Position numbers and translations under genes: made by a program. Below the pieces are notes generated by a model. It was not told the origin of the DNA. It made no database searches and saw nothing but the letters and a program-made list of their open reading frames with translations. Shown here piece by piece: positions 59,396 through 64,000 of a stretch of 64,000 nucleotides of DNA (within the stretch, counting starts at the first letter, position 1; each line of letters opens with the position of its first letter). Where the stretch lies: the NCBI GenBank assembly GCA_951406725.2, contig OX597814.1:141484001-141548000 (forward strand), given 5' to 3'. Source of the DNA: Octopus vulgaris (Eukaryota).

Positions 59396-59940
59396 TCATA
59401 TATTTTGAGTGCTACAAGATATAGAGTAAACGTTGCTTGCTCATGACGAGCTGATAATAATTATTCAGTCCTATTCGAACGCTGGCCAGAATGTGTACCG
59501 ATACAATTGGTTGTTGATATTCAGGGCCGTATAGGTAATTGAACGCGAAGCTCAAATGGGAAGCTATAAGTTCATCTTTGAAGTAAACCTCTGTTAGCTC
59601 TTGTATTTGTATAAAGATTGTTTATGAAAATCATTGCAAGTAGCTAAAATATAAACAACTTCGTAGAAAACGGCTTAAATTACAAAACATATTTTGAATG
59701 ATATGACGCGCGAAGATTTCTTGTGATATCCTCTGTGATATCACAAGAAAGGCAAAAGACACGTCATGTTGTCTCGGAGCATATATTGCCTTTAGAAGGA
59801 GTGAAATTGGGATCTGTTGATAGCTGAAAACCATACGAGAAGTATATTTGGAGGCCGAGAGGACGATAATCTTTTCTGTCGGTCAACACATTGCTCAGAC
59901 GAGTTACAATCATTAATCTCTGGACATTACTATCCCAATA

Positions 59941-60313
<373 letters not shown>

Positions 60314-60314
60314 T

Positions 60315-60520
60315 CTTCATGGTGTATAAGTGACTGAGGTCACAACATTTCCTATGAACAGGACACCTGTTCGTTGCAGAGTTACTCATTTACAGCAGTG
60401 TGGACTGGGGCAACGTGAAATGAAGTGATTTGCTCAAGAACACAGCATACCACCTGATCTAGGAATCGAAACTATACTTTTCCGATTGTGAGAACAACAC
60501 CTTAACCACTAGGCCGTACG
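60315..60520 (-). mobile_element. SINE family D
   Basis: GGGGCAACGTGAAATGAAGTGATTTGCTCAAGAACAC...AACCACTAGGCC. Confidence 0.7.
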
Positions 60521-60699
60521 ATTTTACTTAGATGAGTTAAAATGTATATTCAAAGCTGGAGAAATCACTTGTAAAGTCATTGAGAGCATCTGATCATATA
60601 TCGATCATATGCAAAGAAATCACTTGTAAAGACATTGAGAGCATCTGATCAGATATCGATGTTATTACAGAAAGACATGCCGATAGCTTTGATACTAAG

Positions 60700-61030
60700 T
60701 CTGTGAAAGCTGAACTCCAGACATTTGGAGTTCTTATGAGACGGGTTTTTGTGACGTTATAGTGCATCGGAATGAAAAAGCAACCGAGGGAAACACCTAC
60801 TATCAGAGATTTACACAATCTGCCAACTTGTACTGGCAATTCCTGCAACAGCTGCAACGGCTGAATGAGCATTTTCTATAGCTAAATGATTAAAGACATG
60901 TCTTCGGTCAAGAATGACAAAAGAGATATTAAATTCTCTGGCTGTTCTTTCAGATCACAAAGAACGGACAGACAAATAAATTTGATTGCAGATGCCATGG
61001 AATTGCTTCTGAAATGAGAATACGTGAAAG
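60700..61030 (+). pseudogene. hAT transposase C-terminal dimerisation-domain relic
   Basis: LAIPATAATAE*AFSIAK*LKTCLRSRMTKEILNSLAVLSDHKERTDK resembles SxAxAERSFS.L..K..LRS.M. Confidence 0.8.
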
Positions 61031-61590
61031 AATTTGACAGATTCTTTCTGGTTGGATGGTAAATGGAGCTGAATAATAAAGTTTTATAATTACGACTACT
61101 ATTCACTTTTAGAATGACAGTCTATAATTGATATTTCATCATATGTGCTTTACAAATTTTAATCAATATCATTCAAACCGCCCAGAAATACTAAAGATAA
61201 GGGTGGCAGAGAAATCATGCATTTTTCCGTGCCTCCAGTTACACTTAATTCATCATCTAATACTAATATACATTAAATATTAATGTTCATTTAAACGCAA
61301 AGTTTCAAAGCATGCATTTTATCAAATGTTTTAAACGTCTTTATTGCGTGCTGATTCTCAATTTTATTATATCCACTGTACGCATCTAAAAGCAGCTCCA
61401 CCATGCCAGTTAGCAAAGCATAGTCTTCCCCATATTTGCCAAATTAGAGATAAGGGAATCAATCACACTATTGATTCCTTAATCACCTTACAATTATTAT
61501 GAGTAGTCCTGGCTGTTAGATTAGATAAGTCGTATATCGCTGGAAGAAGAGGTATTTAGCATATGACGTTGCCCTTCAGATGAGAGAGAG

Positions 61591-61657
<67 letters not shown>

Positions 61658-61673
61658 CAATGATAATAATAAC

Positions 61674-61729
<56 letters not shown>

Positions 61730-61745
61730 CAATGATAATAATAAC

Positions 61746-61821
<76 letters not shown>

Positions 61822-61822
61822 T
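61591..61822. repeat. (TAA)n microsatellite with an internal ~72-bp higher-order duplication
   Basis: AATGACAATGATAATAATAACAAT occurs twice. Confidence 0.9.
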
Positions 61823-61824
61823 TA

Positions 61825-62015
61825 GAATTTGGAGCATGCGAACAGTAAAGGTCGTGTCTATAATAATTTGTGAGTTGGGAACAGTAAGTCAAGATTGAGA
61901 TAAAATGCCCGGTAGAGTTCCACAGAAAGTTTGTCTCTTAGGGACAGCAAGGATTATCAGGAGGGTTCTAAGCATTTGAAAGACTGCTGAAAACTTATGG
62001 ATACCTAAGGTTACG
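61825..62015 (+). mobile_element. R4/Dong-type 3' end
   Basis: IEIKCPVEFHRK...CLLGTARIIRRVLSI*. Confidence 0.8.
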
Positions 62016-62023
62016 TAGTAGTC

Positions 62024-62072
<49 letters not shown>

Positions 62073-62089
62073 CGGCAGCAGCAGCAGTA

Positions 62090-62148
<59 letters not shown>

Positions 62149-62182
62149 GTTGTAGTAGTAGTAGTAGTAGTAGTAGTAGTAA

Positions 62183-62232
<50 letters not shown>

Positions 62233-62239
62233 TCTGCCT

Positions 62240-63320
62240 TGTCAACGAGAAGAACAGTCTGGGATGGTAAAACAAAAATAGTGATGACAATTAACAAGAG
62301 ATTAAACCCCAAAAGCGATACTGACAGGTTGTATGCGCCCAGGAACAGAGGAGGAAGAGGTCTCATGGGATGCAAGATATGTGTTGTTAATGAGAAGAAC
62401 AGTCTGGGATGGTATATCAGACAGCAGAGTGAACCCTTGCTTGCCGTTGTTAGAATTAACAATATAATACCTACCGAAAATGTGGTGCACCCACAAGCAT
62501 TTAAGAAGCAAGATTTAGAAGAAAGAATAAACAATTAGAAAACGAAATCACTGCATGGGCAATACCTCAGAGAAATCGAAGGAAAAGACAAGGTCAACAC
62601 TTGGAGATGGCTAAGAAAAAGTCATTTGAAAGGATGCACTGAGGCATTGATATGCAGCGCTCGGGAACAAGCTCTGAGAACTAATTACACCAAGTTCCAA
62701 ATAGATAAGAACAGTGAATCGCCCCGTTGTAGGATGTGTAACAGCAGAAGTGAAACAACCTCACATATTGTGAGTGAGTGTAGCAAGGTGGCCCCAAAAC
62801 ACTACAAAAAGACGCACGATAACGTGTCTAAGTCCATCCACTGGGGGCTATGTGAAAAGTACGGCCTGAACAGTGCACGAAAATAGTACGAACACGAACC
62901 AGAAGGAGTATCTGAGAACAACGAACATAAGATAATGTGAGATTTTGCAATCCAATGTAATTACCTAATCGATGCTCGGAGGCCAGATATTGTTGTGGTA
63001 AATAAAGGGGAAAAGGAAACCAAGATTATAGATATTGCAATACCTGGGGATGCACGCGTAAGTGACAAAGAACTAGAAAAGATTGAAAAGTATAGACTAC
63101 TAAAAGACGAAATTGCAAGAATGTGGACTATGAGGAGAGTATCTGTCAGTTCAATAGTTGTAGAAGCACTCGGAGCACTAACAGCCAAGTTCGAGAAATA
63201 TGTCAGAGAAATTTGAATTGACATGAGAACAGTGCATACCCCAAAAATGCTCTAAGGACAGCTGGGATTTTGAAATTGGTACTTGGGTGTTGAATGTCTT
63301 CTATCATAATTAACAACTAA
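62240..63320 (+). mobile_element. 5'-truncated R4/Dong-type LINE
   Basis: NPKSDTDRLYAPRNRGGRGL, LHGQYL, TEALICSAREQAL, CRMCNSRSETTSHIVSEC, RRPDIVV, IIDIAIPGD, EKIEKY. Confidence 0.93.
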
Positions 63321-64000
63321 GTATCAAAGCTTATAATGTGTGGAAAGTGACCCTGTGAGACCTCTGACAGCAGGCTGCTGTCCACTATCAGAGAATCTAC
63401 CAGAGCTGACAAAACCGAGCGCTCTGAGAAGTAAGACAACAACAACAATGATAAGTTCAAGAAAATAGTGAATGGATGCATGGAAAAATGAATTAATGAT
63501 TGAGTGAATGAATAAATATTCCCATCGTGGCTGAGGATCAGGGGCTTCAAACACAACCCCTTCGTTGACTTTTATGTTCTCTTCAGGATGAATAAAGTTG
63601 ATGCGTCCCAAACTCTTTTCCGAGCCAATTTACTGTCTCTTCGCAGGCCCTCGAAAGTCGCGAGTATTTATGCTTGGAGCTGTCCTCCCAGCTTGGTTGC
63701 CTTCTAAGGCTGCAGATCCCAGGCCTGGGTGGTCTGGGATCGGCAGCCCAAATATATAGCCTGTGTATCTATCGAGAGTGGTCCTTGCTGTTGGACACGC
63801 TAAGTCCCTTCACTATTGCTAATTAGTCATTGAACCTTTCTTGAGTTCATACGTGTTTTTGATAGGCGCTGTTTTTACCCTGATGGGTTTCTAGCAATCC
63901 CTTGCACTAAGCAAGCCAACGACCCGACCCTGTAACGGGCTGTATCAGACCATGTGTTAGCAGTAGCACTCATGACCGTCCAGATATAAAGGATATCTTT

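Noticed and set aside
60560-60660. 55-bp tandem duplication
   Set aside because: Real, but probably a local duplication within decayed hAT-associated sequence; no functional signal.
63560-64000. GC-richer stretch, possibly the 5' leader of another non-LTR element
   Set aside because: No diagnostic motif is legible and it runs off the window edge.

Overview
AT-rich, microsatellite-dense eukaryotic DNA with no supportable host protein-coding exon (intergenic or intronic). The SINE families recall those of coleoid cephalopods, most likely Octopus; this is recognition from memory, not a database result. Almost all ORFs in the track are simple-repeat artefacts or decayed transposon fragments. Content: several tRNA-derived SINE families; many R4/Dong-type (restriction-like endonuclease, RLE) non-LTR fragments nested in (TAA)n tracts; one near full-length decayed Penelope-like element with direct terminal repeats (~16.7-21.9 kb); L1/Tx1-type ORF1, Ty3/gypsy gag-pro, RTE, CR1/L2, CRE, mariner and hAT relics; MITEs; and a 93-bp-arm palindrome. 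The most notable signal is a set of sequence-distinct minimal type-I hammerhead ribozyme (HHR) motifs (249-284, 33086-33129, 37553-37598, 60019-60064, plus decayed ones). Two of them lie in a two-copy composite non-coding element: tRNA-like Pol III head, trinucleotide microsatellite, hammerhead, Penelope-like tail. Coordinates were read by eye, so boundaries of decayed elements are approximate.
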